64,000 nucleotides of DNA from Vulcanimicrobiota bacterium (GTDB lineage: Bacteria > Vulcanimicrobiota > Vulcanimicrobiia > Vulcanimicrobiales > Vulcanimicrobiaceae). Under the pieces are notes generated by a model, which was given only the letters and a program-made list of their open reading frames with translations, did not search any database and was not told the DNA's origin. Of this stretch, positions 32,230 through 41,974 are shown one piece after another. A program made the translations under genes and the position numbers. Position 1 is the stretch's first letter. The number at the start of each line of letters is the position of its first letter. The stretch lies in assembly GCA_963812155.1 (NCBI GenBank), contig CAWETW010000001.1, forward strand, positions 224,001 through 288,000, given 5' to 3'.

Positions 32230-33540
32230 CTAGAATCGAATACCCAATCCCACGAAAGGCCCGTTTGCCGAAATGTTCGCGGGCGCGTTGGTTTTGTTGG
32301 TGAGATAGTTGCCCATCCAACCCGCCTCGATGAATACCGGGCTCTTACCGATAACGTAGTCGACGCCGGCTTGATATTTATACATCGAATATCCCAACTG
32401 CAGTGTCGCGGGCTTGAGCCCCGGCTGCCCCGTAATCGAACGAGGAAACTCGTCATTGTAGAAGTTGCCGGTGACGCTGGGATAGTACCAGAAGCTTCCC
32501 AAGAACGACAGCGGGACGTCGAGATCCGGCAACTTTTCGACGCCGAACCCGAACCCGCGCGTCGTTGGATAGCCGTAGTTGTTCCACCGCGTGAGATATC
32601 CCACTCCAACGTACACACGCGGGTTGAGAACCTTCACGCCCAACCGAACGTCGACGTCGTCGTCTTGCGCTTGGAACGACGGCACGAACGTTTGATATCC
32701 GCCGCCGATTCCGGTGACGAAACATTCGGGGTTGATCGCAGTGCTCGTTGCGGAACCGCAGTCGTGATGGTATCCGTACTGTTCGAACGAGCCTTCGATC
32801 ATCCACGGAATGTTGAGCGCGCTAAACTCCCACGCACCCCGAATGGCATACGAGTTCGTTCCGGTATTGCCCGGGCTGAATTCGTTATACACCTTCGGTG
32901 AAATAATATAGTCGCCGGCGATGAAGAGATCTTTGTATTGCGGGGTCGGCGTCGGCGCAGGCGTGGGCGCGGGCGGCGGCGGCGCGGTGGTTGGCGGCGG
33001 CGGAGGTGGAGGCGTGGCCACGACGTACCGCACCACGACGAGCTGCCGATCCGGAACCCACAGGACGTAGGCGCCCATGGCCTCGGAGATGACGCGCACC
33101 GGTACGAGAACGTTGCCCTGATAGATTACCGGCGGCACGTCGAGCGGATGCATTTCACCGTTGATCGACACTTCCGGCTTCCCAACGGTGACTTTGATTT
33201 CTGCGCCCGGCTTGCTGACCGTCGCCGTCTGGCTTGCGGCATCGTACGACACGGTTGCGCCCATTTGTTCGAACATCGAGCGCAACGGAATGAGAATCGT
33301 CCCCCCTTTGACCAGCGCCGCAAGCACTCGGCTCTGCTTGAGAACGTCCGGTTTCGTGTAGACGTGGCGATCGTTATAGAGGATGGGGATTTGGCCCGAA
33401 GGAGGCGTGCCGAGATTCGGCGCCGCATTCGGGCTCGCTTGTGCAACGCGCTGTCCTCCGTTCGAGGGAGCGGCCTGCGTGCTCATAGGAGAAGCAACCA
33501 AGGCCATAGTCACAAGGACAGCGGAGATGATTGATTTCAT
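32230..33540 (-). CDS. Stalk-domain/beta-barrel protein, paralog 2
   Basis: Same architecture as paralog 3; ends GLGIRF. Confidence 0.8.
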   Translation of the reverse strand: MKSIISAVLVTMALVASPMSTQAAPSNGGQRVAQASPNAAPNLGTPPSGQIPILYNDRHVYTKPDVLKQSRVLAALVKGGTILIPLRSMFEQMGATVSYDAASQTATVSKPGAEIKVTVGKPEVSINGEMHPLDVPPVIYQGNVLVPVRVISEAMGAYVLWVPDRQLVVVRYVVATPPPPPPPTTAPPPPAPTPAPTPTPQYKDLFIAGDYIISPKVYNEFSPGNTGTNSYAIRGAWEFSALNIPWMIEGSFEQYGYHHDCGSATSTAINPECFVTGIGGGYQTFVPSFQAQDDDVDVRLGVKVLNPRVYVGVGYLTRWNNYGYPTTRGFGFGVEKLPDLDVPLSFLGSFWYYPSVTGNFYNDEFPRSITGQPGLKPATLQLGYSMYKYQAGVDYVIGKSPVFIEAGWMGNYLTNKTNAPANISANGPFVGLGIRF

Positions 33541-33615
33541 GAGGCCTCCTCAAGTAGCTGGTCACTCGAGAGCTCGCCCGCCAGCTCCGATGGAGCAGCT
33601 TATACCCATAATTCA

Positions 33616-33646
33616 CAACGAGCCCCGGCTTGCGCCGGAGCTCGTT
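33616..33646. terminator. Intergenic hairpin between paralogs
   Basis: AACGAGCCCCGG...CCGGAGCTCGTT. Confidence 0.55.
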
Positions 33647-33672
33647 GCTTTACGGAAGAGACCCCATTGTCC

Positions 33673-34965
33673 CTAGAACTTGATGCCTAATCCGACGAAC
33701 GGGCCGTTGTCGGTTACCCCGGACGGTGCGTTCGTTTTATTGCTGAGATTATCGCCCATCCAGCCGGCTTCGATGAAGACCGGGCTGTTGCCGATCACGT
33801 AATCGGCACCGATCTGATACTTGTACAGCGTGTACGCGAGCGATGCGGAGATGGCCGTATTCGAGAAATTGCCTTTGACCTGCGGATAGTACCAGAAGCT
33901 TCCGAAGAACGAGAGCGGCACGTTGAGATCGGGCAGTTTTTCGATGCCGAATCCAACGCCGTTCATGTTCGGGTAGCCGTAGTTGGTCGAACGCCATAAG
34001 TAGCCCACGCCGATATACACGCGCGGATTGAGCACGCGAATGCCCAAGCGCGCATCCACGTCGGTGTCGCGCGCGCTGAACGCGGGGACGACCGTCTGGT
34101 AGCCACCGCCGATTCCGGTGACGAAACACTCGGGATCGACGACGGCCGACGCCGAGGTGTTGTTGCAGTTATGCGGATAACCGTACTGTTCGAACGAACC
34201 TTCGACCATCCACGGAATGTTCAACGCGTTGAACTCGATCGCACCGCGGACCGCATACGAGCTCGTGCCGGTGTTACCCGGGCTAAACTCGTTGTAGACC
34301 TTCGGCGAGATGATGTAGTCGCCGGCGACGAAAATGTCGTTGTACGGCGTCTTCACCGGAGCCGGCGTCGGCGTCGGCGGCGGGGGCGGCGGCGGTGCGC
34401 TGGCCGGGGGCGGCGGCGGCGTCGCCGGAATGTACCGGACGACGACGACGTGCTGATTCGGAACCCACTGCACGTACGCGCCCATGCCTTCGGAAATGAC
34501 GCGAACCGGCACGAGGACGTTGCCTTGATAGATCATCGGCGGGACGTCGAGCGGACGCGATTCGCCGTTGATCATAACTTCAGGCTTACCGACGGTCACC
34601 TTGACCTCCGAGCCTGCTTTACTGACGGTGGCGGTCTTGCTCCCGGGGTCGTACGATACGGTCGCCCCCATCTGCTCGAACATCGACCGCAAAGGAATGA
34701 GGACCGTACCGCCCTTGACCAGCGCCGCAAGGACGCGGCCCTGTTTGAGAACGTCGGGCTTGGTGTAAACGTGGTGGTCGTTATAAAGGATGGGAATCTG
34801 GCCCGACGGCGGAGTTCCGAAGTTGGCCGGCGGCGTTGTTCCCGTCTGCGAGACGCTGTTGCCTGTGTTTCCAGACGCCTGCGCATTTGACGGGGCGAAC
34901 ACCGCGCTGAAGCCCCACGCCGTTGCGATCAACGCCGCGAGGACTCCGGTGCTCAGTCGTTTCAC
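33673..34965 (-). CDS. Stalk-domain/beta-barrel protein, paralog 1
   Basis: Strong RBS TAAGGAGG; same architecture; ends GLGIKF. Confidence 0.8.
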   Translation of the reverse strand: MKRLSTGVLAALIATAWGFSAVFAPSNAQASGNTGNSVSQTGTTPPANFGTPPSGQIPILYNDHHVYTKPDVLKQGRVLAALVKGGTVLIPLRSMFEQMGATVSYDPGSKTATVSKAGSEVKVTVGKPEVMINGESRPLDVPPMIYQGNVLVPVRVISEGMGAYVQWVPNQHVVVVRYIPATPPPPPASAPPPPPPPTPTPAPVKTPYNDIFVAGDYIISPKVYNEFSPGNTGTSSYAVRGAIEFNALNIPWMVEGSFEQYGYPHNCNNTSASAVVDPECFVTGIGGGYQTVVPAFSARDTDVDARLGIRVLNPRVYIGVGYLWRSTNYGYPNMNGVGFGIEKLPDLNVPLSFFGSFWYYPQVKGNFSNTAISASLAYTLYKYQIGADYVIGNSPVFIEAGWMGDNLSNKTNAPSGVTDNGPFVGLGIKF

Positions 34966-35082
34966 GAGTGCCTCCTTAAGATATGGGAAGTCCTAACTGA
35001 TGGCGGGAGCACGCGCTCCCGCCGGGTGTGGGACCCTGCGAACGGATGTGCGGTTGCGCGGGGTCCGCCCCAACGGTAGCCC

Positions 35083-36282
35083 TTATTCCCCCAGCACGGC
35101 TGAGGGTAAACGCCAAAGCCAGGCAACTCCGATGAAAGTCTCAGCCGCAGCCAGGGCAAAGGCCGCTTTCGGCGCCGCCCCTGCCGCCGCCAAGGCCAGG
35201 TGTGCGAGCACCGCGGTCGTCAAGGCCGGAGCGATGACCTGCGGCAGAATGACGGCCAGATTCCAGATGCCCATGGTCGTCGCAAGCGCTCCGGGCGGCA
35301 GGATGCGGCACGCGATCGACCAGTCCGCCGCCAAGAAAATGCCCCATCCGAATCCCGCGACGAGCGTCGCTGCGGCCGCGCCGGCAAACGTGTGCGCCGC
35401 AATGAACCCGCCGAGCGCGATGACGACGATGGCTCCGCCTGCCGTTGCGACGAGGCGTTTATCGAAACGATCCGACGGGCGCGCCGCCGCGGCGGCTCCC
35501 AACGCTCCCATGGCGGTGAATGCGAGGATCAGCTCGCCGCTTTGCAGCTTGGCCACCGCAAGCGACGGCGTTTCCAATACTCCGGTAACGTAGAACAGCA
35601 AATAGCCGAGCAGCGTGTAGAATCCGACGTAAACGAGTGCACGCGACACGAACAAATCGGCAAACCCTCGCGTGAAGCGCAACCGCTCGCGCTGCGGAGG
35701 CGGTTCCAGCGCGATACGGCGAACGTGCGCGCACGTCGCCGCCGCCGTTCCGCCCAACAGCACGATCAACGACGACGCGAGCATCCGGCCGTCGTTTATG
35801 GTCGCGGCCAGTACCGCACCGAGCGCGTTGCCGGCGCTTTGCAACGCCGCCATCCACGACGACGCGCGTCCGAATTCGGAACGAGGAATCGCGTCGGGAA
35901 TAATGGCTTGATACGGCCCAATCGCGAAATTCAAGCCCGCCTGCAATGCGACGAACGCGAGCGTCAGCGCCGTGAAGTTTCCGGCGGCGAAAAAACCGGC
36001 GAGCGCAAACGCGCCGATCGCCGTGCCTGCAACGTAAAACTCGATGCGCCGGCTTCCGTGCCGGCGGCGGTCGTCGGAGAACGGCCCGACGGCGATCTGT
36101 ACGACGGCGGCAACGAGCGCGCCGATCGTGGCCAAACGTCCGTATGCGATCAGCGCATTCGAGCTGGCGACCAGCTCGATCGTGCGCGCCTGCAGCGAAA
36201 TCCCGAGCAGCGCGCCCCAGACGGCCTGAATACCCAGCCAAAATAAGCCCAAGCGCAGCGCGCTAGGCGTGTTCGCACGCAT
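35083..36282 (-). CDS. MFS transporter
   Basis: About 12 TM segments; GPFSD and PSDRFDKR motif-A-like sequences. Confidence 0.8.
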   Translation of the reverse strand: MRANTPSALRLGLFWLGIQAVWGALLGISLQARTIELVASSNALIAYGRLATIGALVAAVVQIAVGPFSDDRRRHGSRRIEFYVAGTAIGAFALAGFFAAGNFTALTLAFVALQAGLNFAIGPYQAIIPDAIPRSEFGRASSWMAALQSAGNALGAVLAATINDGRMLASSLIVLLGGTAAATCAHVRRIALEPPPQRERLRFTRGFADLFVSRALVYVGFYTLLGYLLFYVTGVLETPSLAVAKLQSGELILAFTAMGALGAAAAARPSDRFDKRLVATAGGAIVVIALGGFIAAHTFAGAAAATLVAGFGWGIFLAADWSIACRILPPGALATTMGIWNLAVILPQVIAPALTTAVLAHLALAAAGAAPKAAFALAAAETFIGVAWLWRLPSAVLGE

Positions 36283-36997
36283 ACCGGTACTCCGCAACGG
36301 TGTCGGCGTCGAAGGCGAGTTCCGGCGCGCACCCGCGCACGGCGACGCACGGTAATCCGGCCACGCGCGATGCCTCTCGCTCGACGGCCGCGACGCTCAA
36401 ACGGCCGGCCGCCAAGCGCAGCAGCGGCACCACACCGATGATCGACGCCATACGCCACGGCGCTTTGCGCGCGCTAAAGAAGGTCGCGGCGAGACCGGCG
36501 ATGCGGTCTCGGCTCCCCGGCGGCAGCAAGAACACGCCGCCGTTGATCACGCGTTCGCCCGCCAGCGTAATTCCGGCCGGCGGTGCTTGCGGCCAACGCG
36601 CGGTGAACGCCGCGTGTTCGATGAGCGGCATCCCAATCGCTCCGGCCGGAACGCGCCGGATGAACCCGTCAACCGATGCCGGCGTCACGTACGGCAGATC
36701 GCTCGTCGCGTAGAGAAGCGGCTCGTCATCGTCGTCCCACGCATGCAGGGCGAGCGCGACGTTCTGCTCGCCGGTGATGCCTTCGTCGACGAAGCGCTCG
36801 ACCCGAGCTTCGCACGCCGCCCGAACCTCGCTCCCCCCGACGACGGCGATGCGCGATGCGCTCGCGCCGCGCAATGCGTCGAGGATCCGGTCGAGCATCG
36901 TGACGCCGCGAACGGGCGCGAGCGCCTTCACCGCCGTTCCCCCCAGACGCGCGTACTCGCCGTCGACCCGGCCTCCGGTCGTAACGACCGCCTTCAC
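36263..36997 (-). CDS. MobA-like NTP transferase domain protein
   Basis: AVVTTGG...KAL, TSDLP, FDADT; GTGA overlap with the upstream gene. Confidence 0.75.
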   Translation of the reverse strand: MKAVVTTGGRVDGEYARLGGTAVKALAPVRGVTMLDRILDALRGASASRIAVVGGSEVRAACEARVERFVDEGITGEQNVALALHAWDDDDEPLLYATSDLPYVTPASVDGFIRRVPAGAIGMPLIEHAAFTARWPQAPPAGITLAGERVINGGVFLLPPGSRDRIAGLAATFFSARKAPWRMASIIGVVPLLRLAAGRLSVAAVEREASRVAGLPCVAVRGCAPELAFDADTVAEYRYACEHA

Positions 36998-37854
36998 GGG
37001 AGAAGTCCCGGAAGCTCGGCCTGCGCCGGAACGTCGCCTGCGGCCATCGCGAGCGTCTCGTTTGCGCGTTCGCCGTAGCGCTCCATCAACAGCGCGCCCA
37101 GCATCTCCGCGTCGCGCGCCGCATGCCCGTCGGCGTGGTTGTTGAAAAAGACGTACGTTTGCGCGGCCTGGCCGTCGATCTCGGAAATACGTTCCGTCCA
37201 CGGTACCAGTTCCTCGGGAGCGTATTCGTAGCGATAACGGCTAACGTTGCTGCCGCGCCACCATTGGCTCGCATTGCGGCCGTGAAAGCGCACGTAACCG
37301 ACGCTCGACGTCACGTCGGCCGAAGGTGCGAGCAATCCCTCGAGGGCCGGCATGTCGGCATTGCAAAATCCGACGCCGAGTTCGCGCAACAGCGCCGTCG
37401 TCGCCGGCTGCTGCCAGAGCCGGTTACGGAATTCGAACACGAGCGGTATCTCGGTGAATGCTTCCGCGATGCGCTTTAAGCGATCGTTGGAAGCGCTTGC
37501 GGGCTTGAATGCGTTGGGGAATTGTGCCAAGACGCAGGCGAGTTTTCGCGCCGAGAGCACCGGCTCCACGGCGGTGCGAAATGCCGACGCGTCCTCGTGC
37601 AGTTCGGTTGCGGCACCGGATGCGTGCGTGAGCGTCTGCGGCATTTTGAAACTGAACCGGAAGTCTGCCGGGGTGCGACCCGCCATCGTTTCGGTGGTTC
37701 GCGGCGACGGGACGCCGTAGTAACTCGAATCGATCTCGACCGCGCGGAACACGCGCGCGTAATAGGGCAGCATCTCCACCGGCTTGATCTTCGCCGGATA
37801 GAACGGCCCGATCCATTCCTTATACGAAAAGCCGCAGGTTCCGACGTAGATCAC
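36994..37854 (-). CDS. DUF72 family protein
   Basis: IYVGTCGFSY, VEIDSSYY, YVRFHGRN, YVFFNN. Confidence 0.88.
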   Translation of the reverse strand: MIYVGTCGFSYKEWIGPFYPAKIKPVEMLPYYARVFRAVEIDSSYYGVPSPRTTETMAGRTPADFRFSFKMPQTLTHASGAATELHEDASAFRTAVEPVLSARKLACVLAQFPNAFKPASASNDRLKRIAEAFTEIPLVFEFRNRLWQQPATTALLRELGVGFCNADMPALEGLLAPSADVTSSVGYVRFHGRNASQWWRGSNVSRYRYEYAPEELVPWTERISEIDGQAAQTYVFFNNHADGHAARDAEMLGALLMERYGERANETLAMAAGDVPAQAELPGLLP

Positions 37855-37909
37855 CGTGTCGCCTTTAAACGAGTCGGGCCCGGCATTGCCGAGCCCGATT
37901 CGATTCACC

Positions 37910-38296
37910 TTACTTCTTGGTAGCGACCTTCTTCTTACCGGCCACCGTACGTTTGGGCCCTTTGCGGGTGCGAGCGTTGGTCTTGGTTCGCTGGCCGCGC
38001 ACCGGGAGGCCGCGGCGATGGCGAACGCCGCGATAGCAGCCGATCTCCATCAGCCGCTTCACGTTGCCCTGAACCTCGCGCCGCAGATCGCCTTCCACGC
38101 GCAACGCCAACGCGTCGATTGCGTCGCGCAGTTTCTTCTCGTCGTCCTCGCTCATCGCTTTGACGCGCAAATCGGGGCTGATTCCGGCGTGGTCGACGAG
38201 CTTCATCGCGGTCGTCCTTCCAATGCCGTAAATGTAGGTCAGTGCGATCTCGATGCGCTTTTCACGAGGCAAATCGATGCCGGCGATACGGGCCAT
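37910..38296 (-). CDS. rpsM: 30S ribosomal protein S13
   Basis: [26 protein letters not shown]. Confidence 0.98.
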   Translation of the reverse strand: MARIAGIDLPREKRIEIALTYIYGIGRTTAMKLVDHAGISPDLRVKAMSEDDEKKLRDAIDALALRVEGDLRREVQGNVKRLMEIGCYRGVRHRRGLPVRGQRTKTNARTRKGPKRTVAGKKKVATKK

Positions 38297-38305
38297 ATCT
38301 CTTCC

Positions 38306-38422
38306 TTATCCTTGAACCTGTTTGTGTTTCGGATTGACGTCGCAGATCACGCGCACTTTGCCTTCGCGGCGAATGATCTTACACTTTTCGCAAATCCGTT
38401 TGACTGAAGGTCTAACTTTCAT
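38306..38422 (-). CDS. rpmJ: 50S ribosomal protein L36 (not in the ORF track)
   Basis: Manual translation: [38 protein letters not shown]. Confidence 0.97.
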   Translation of the reverse strand: MKVRPSVKRICEKCKIIRREGKVRVICDVNPKHKQVQG

Positions 38423-38533
38423 GTTGTAAGGCGCTCCGATGCCGGTCCGCTCGAGACTCCCCGTGGGGAGCCCAAATGGACTCGGTGGCGATATTGAATT
38501 TGAGTTCGGGACTACGGCGAGGCGGGTGCTTCG

Positions 38534-39337
38534 TCATACGCGGGCTTCCTGGGGAGGGCGGTACTGCTGGGCGACATCCGGCTCGCCGGCGTCGCGCAGG
38601 GTCAGAATCCGCGGGCCTTCGTCGGTCACCGCTATCGTATGCTCGAAGTGCGCTGCGAGTTTACCATCTGCCGTGACGACTGTCCAGCCGTCCTTGAGGA
38701 TTGCGACCTCGTAGTCGCCTTCGGTGATCATCGGTTCGACGGCCAGCACCAGGCCGGGCCGCAGTTCGGCTCCCGTGCCGGGCTTGCCGTAGTTGGGGAC
38801 CTGCGGATCCTCATGCATCTCTCGCCCTACGCCGTGCCCGACCAAATCGCGCACGACGCCGTAACCGTTTCGCTCGGCGTGCGCTTGAACGGCCGCTCCG
38901 ATGTCGCCGACGCGTCTGCCCGCCTGCATCGCCGCAATGCCTTCGAACAAGCATTCCTGCGTCACGTCCAGCAACCGCTGCGCGGCGGCGCTAATGTTGC
39001 CGACCGCCACCGTTGCCGCGCTGTCGCTGACGTAGCCCTCGAGCGTGGTCCCGATGTCGATCGACAGCAAATCGCCATCGCGCAAACGCCGGCCGCCGGG
39101 AATGCCGTGCACGACTTCGTCGTTGACCGACGCGCAAATCGATCCGCTGAATCCGCGATATCCTTTGAACGTCGGCACGCCGCCGCGGTCGCGAATGCCC
39201 TTTTCGGCCATGGCGTCCAGTTCGCGGGTGCTGACTCCCGGTCGAGCCGCACGCATCAATTCGCTCAGGACGGTTGCGGTGATTCGTCCGCTGCGCCGCA
39301 TGATTTCGATTTCGCGCGCCGACTTCAACGCGATCAT
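38534..39337 (-). CDS. map: Methionine aminopeptidase type I
   Basis: SVNDEVVHGIP, GHGVG, EPM, AHFEHT. Confidence 0.96.
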   Translation of the reverse strand: MIALKSAREIEIMRRSGRITATVLSELMRAARPGVSTRELDAMAEKGIRDRGGVPTFKGYRGFSGSICASVNDEVVHGIPGGRRLRDGDLLSIDIGTTLEGYVSDSAATVAVGNISAAAQRLLDVTQECLFEGIAAMQAGRRVGDIGAAVQAHAERNGYGVVRDLVGHGVGREMHEDPQVPNYGKPGTGAELRPGLVLAVEPMITEGDYEVAILKDGWTVVTADGKLAAHFEHTIAVTDEGPRILTLRDAGEPDVAQQYRPPQEARV

Positions 39338-40041
39338 TGCTTGCGCCGCCCACCGGCCGGCGCGACGTCCGCCAGTGACGCCGAAAGCTCTTCCTTCAGC
39401 GTCTGCGGTTTAATCTTCAAGAGCAGCTGCTCCGTGACTTCCGGCACGCTGCGCAGCGCGTCGACCTCGACGAGCTTGCCGGTCTTCCGGTAATACTCGA
39501 TGAGCGGCCGCGTTTGCGCGTCGTACACGTCGAGCCGCTTGGCGACCGTTTCCGGCTGGTCGTCCACGCGCTGAATCAACGCGCCCCCGTCGCCGTCGTC
39601 GATGCCGGCGCGTTTGGGCGGATTGGTCAACGTATTGTACGTGCGGCCGTTGCGCGGGTTCGACCAGCGGGCGCTCAAACGCGAGACCAAGGTGGCGCGA
39701 TCCGCGTCGAAGAGGACGACTGCATCGAGCGGCACCTTCTTGCCGGCGAGCATCGCGTCGAAACGTTCGGCCTGCGCGACCGTGCGCGGGAAGCCGTCCA
39801 TCACGAAGCCCGAGGGATGCTTTTCGAGCTCTGCCGCGATCATCTCCAATATCAGCGCGTCGGGAACGAGTTCACCGCGCTGCATGTACCCTTCGGCCTC
39901 TCGGCCAAGCGGGGTGCCGTCCGAGCGTTGCTCGCGCAGGATGTCGCCGGTCGAAACCTGTCCGACGCCAAAGCGTTCCTGCAGCATTCGCGCCTGGGTG
40001 CCCTTGCCCGCGCCGGGAGGTCCGAGGAAAATCAATCGCAC
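39334..40041 (-). CDS. adk: Adenylate kinase
   Basis: GPPGAGKGTQ, STGDILR, DGFPRT. Confidence 0.96.
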   Translation of the reverse strand: MRLIFLGPPGAGKGTQARMLQERFGVGQVSTGDILREQRSDGTPLGREAEGYMQRGELVPDALILEMIAAELEKHPSGFVMDGFPRTVAQAERFDAMLAGKKVPLDAVVLFDADRATLVSRLSARWSNPRNGRTYNTLTNPPKRAGIDDGDGGALIQRVDDQPETVAKRLDVYDAQTRPLIEYYRKTGKLVEVDALRSVPEVTEQLLLKIKPQTLKEELSASLADVAPAGGRRKQ

Positions 40042-40054
40042 GTGAGAGCCCGCG

Positions 40055-41386
40055 TTACCGTTTGATGAAGCCCCGGTAATCGCGCATCGCCAGGCGCGCT
40101 TCGATCTGCGTGATCGTGTCGAGCGCCACGCCGACGACGATCAGCAGCGACGTCGATCCCAAATAGAACGTCGTCACCGACAAACCGCGCTGAACCGCAC
40201 CCGGCAGCACGGCGAGCAGGCCCAAGTAGATCGCCGCGGCGGTCGTGATGCGCACGAGGATCTTGTTGAGGTAGTCTACGGTCGGCTGGCCCGGACGAAT
40301 GCCGGGAATGAACGCGCCGGTCTTCTTCAAGTTGTCGGCGACGTCGCGCGTGTTGAGAACGATCGAGCTGTAGAAAAACGTGAAGATCACGACGAGCAGA
40401 AAGTAGACGATGTTGTACACCAAGCCGTTGACGGAAAAGTGCACGCTCAACGACTCGGACAGCGCCGCGAGGTTGGTGGGGAATTCGATCGGACCGAGCA
40501 GATGGAAGTAGGTTGGAGCGACCCCGGTGTGTCCGAACCACGACAGCGCCTGCTGCGGCAGCAGCAAGATCGAGATCGCAAAGATGATCGAGATGACGCC
40601 CGCATTGTTGAGGCGCAACGGAATGTAGGTCGAGCGGCCGGCGAACATCTTGCGGCCGACCGTCCGGCGAGCCTGCTGCACCGGGACGCGCCGCTGCCCT
40701 TGATACAGGAAGATGATCGACACGATCACGATCAGCGCGATGACGATGTAGAGGACGATGTTGAGAATCGATTCGGCGCCCTGCGACGCCGACGTGAACG
40801 TCTGAGAGACGTAGGTCGGGAAGCGCAGGACGATACCGATGAAGATGATGAGCGATACGCCGTTGCCGATACCCTTGTCGCTGATCTGCTCGCCCAGCCA
40901 CATCAGGAAGAGCGTGCCGGCGACGAACGTAACGATCGCGAAGAGCAAGAACCAAATGCTGTGGTCGTAGAAGACGCCCGACTTCTCCATCGCGTTGGCC
41001 ATGAACGTCGCCTGCATGGTCGCGAGCACGATCGTGAGCCAGCGCGTGTACTGGCTGATCTTTTTGCGCCCCTCCTCGCCGCCTTTCTTGGCGAGTTCCT
41101 CGAGATGCGGCAGCACGACGGTCATCAACTGCATAATGATGGATGCGTTGATGTAAGGCGTGATGCCCATCGCGATGACGGAGAGTTTTTGCAGCGCGCC
41201 GCCGGACAGGAAGCCCAGCAGGTTGTAAAACGTCCCTTGCTGCAACGCCTGCTGCCACGCTTTTTGATTGACGTCGGGCAGCTGCACGTGAATCATGAAG
41301 ACGAACCACGCGAAGGCGAAGAGCACGAAGGCGAGCCTCTGCCGGATCTCCGGCACGAGGACTGCCGCGCGCAGATTATTGAGCAT
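40055..41386 (-). CDS. secY: Preprotein translocase SecY
   Basis: MGITPYINASII, GIGNGVSLII, IPGIRPG, GSTSLLIVVGV. Confidence 0.97.
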   Translation of the reverse strand: MLNNLRAAVLVPEIRQRLAFVLFAFAWFVFMIHVQLPDVNQKAWQQALQQGTFYNLLGFLSGGALQKLSVIAMGITPYINASIIMQLMTVVLPHLEELAKKGGEEGRKKISQYTRWLTIVLATMQATFMANAMEKSGVFYDHSIWFLLFAIVTFVAGTLFLMWLGEQISDKGIGNGVSLIIFIGIVLRFPTYVSQTFTSASQGAESILNIVLYIVIALIVIVSIIFLYQGQRRVPVQQARRTVGRKMFAGRSTYIPLRLNNAGVISIIFAISILLLPQQALSWFGHTGVAPTYFHLLGPIEFPTNLAALSESLSVHFSVNGLVYNIVYFLLVVIFTFFYSSIVLNTRDVADNLKKTGAFIPGIRPGQPTVDYLNKILVRITTAAAIYLGLLAVLPGAVQRGLSVTTFYLGSTSLLIVVGVALDTITQIEARLAMRDYRGFIKR

Positions 41387-41954
41387 CGTGAGGTTCGTCG
41401 AAGCGCGCGCCGGCGGCCGTCAACGCTTGCCGCGCCGACTCGGAAAACAGTACGTCGCGGAACTGCAGACCTTGCGGAAGCGTACCGCCGGGCCTGGGGG
41501 CGCCGAGAATCTTGACTCCGTCGAGCGTCTTCTTGAGGACGCCCTTCTCGCGAAGCGCCTCGGGCGTGACGACGACGGTTGCGTCCCACTGCGCGAGCCG
41601 ATCCAAGGTGACCACGGCCATGCGAGTCCGAAAGTGGCCGATGTCGCGCGCTTTCTGCGAATATCCGCGACGATGCGGCAGCCGGCGGGCCCATGGAGTC
41701 TGACCGCCTTCGAAGGCGGGGCCTTTGCCGCCGCCCGAGCGGACGGTCTGACCCTTGCCTCCCTCGCCGCCGGTTTTCACCATGCCGGAGCCGTGGCCGC
41801 GGCCGATCCGCTGGCGCTTGGGACGGCTTCCCGGTGAGGGCACCAGCGCGCCCAACTTCATGACGGCGTCGCCGGTGGCGACTGCGCCGCCGGCCGGGGA
41901 CGTCTGAGACTTGCGGCGCGAAGGCGCCTTCTTCGTTTGTTTTTCGTCTGCCAT
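41376..41954 (-). CDS. rplO: 50S ribosomal protein L15 with N-terminal extension
   Basis: RIGRGHGSG, GKGQ, FEGGQTP. Confidence 0.95.
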   Translation of the reverse strand: MADEKQTKKAPSRRKSQTSPAGGAVATGDAVMKLGALVPSPGSRPKRQRIGRGHGSGMVKTGGEGGKGQTVRSGGGKGPAFEGGQTPWARRLPHRRGYSQKARDIGHFRTRMAVVTLDRLAQWDATVVVTPEALREKGVLKKTLDGVKILGAPRPGGTLPQGLQFRDVLFSESARQALTAAGARFDEPHDAQ

Positions 41955-41974
41955 ATTCGTGCTCGTTCGCGTCG

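Noticed and set aside
30770..34965. Annotation as copper amine oxidase enzymes
   Set aside because: Only the non-catalytic N-terminal-type domain is present; the proteins are too short and lack the catalytic domain
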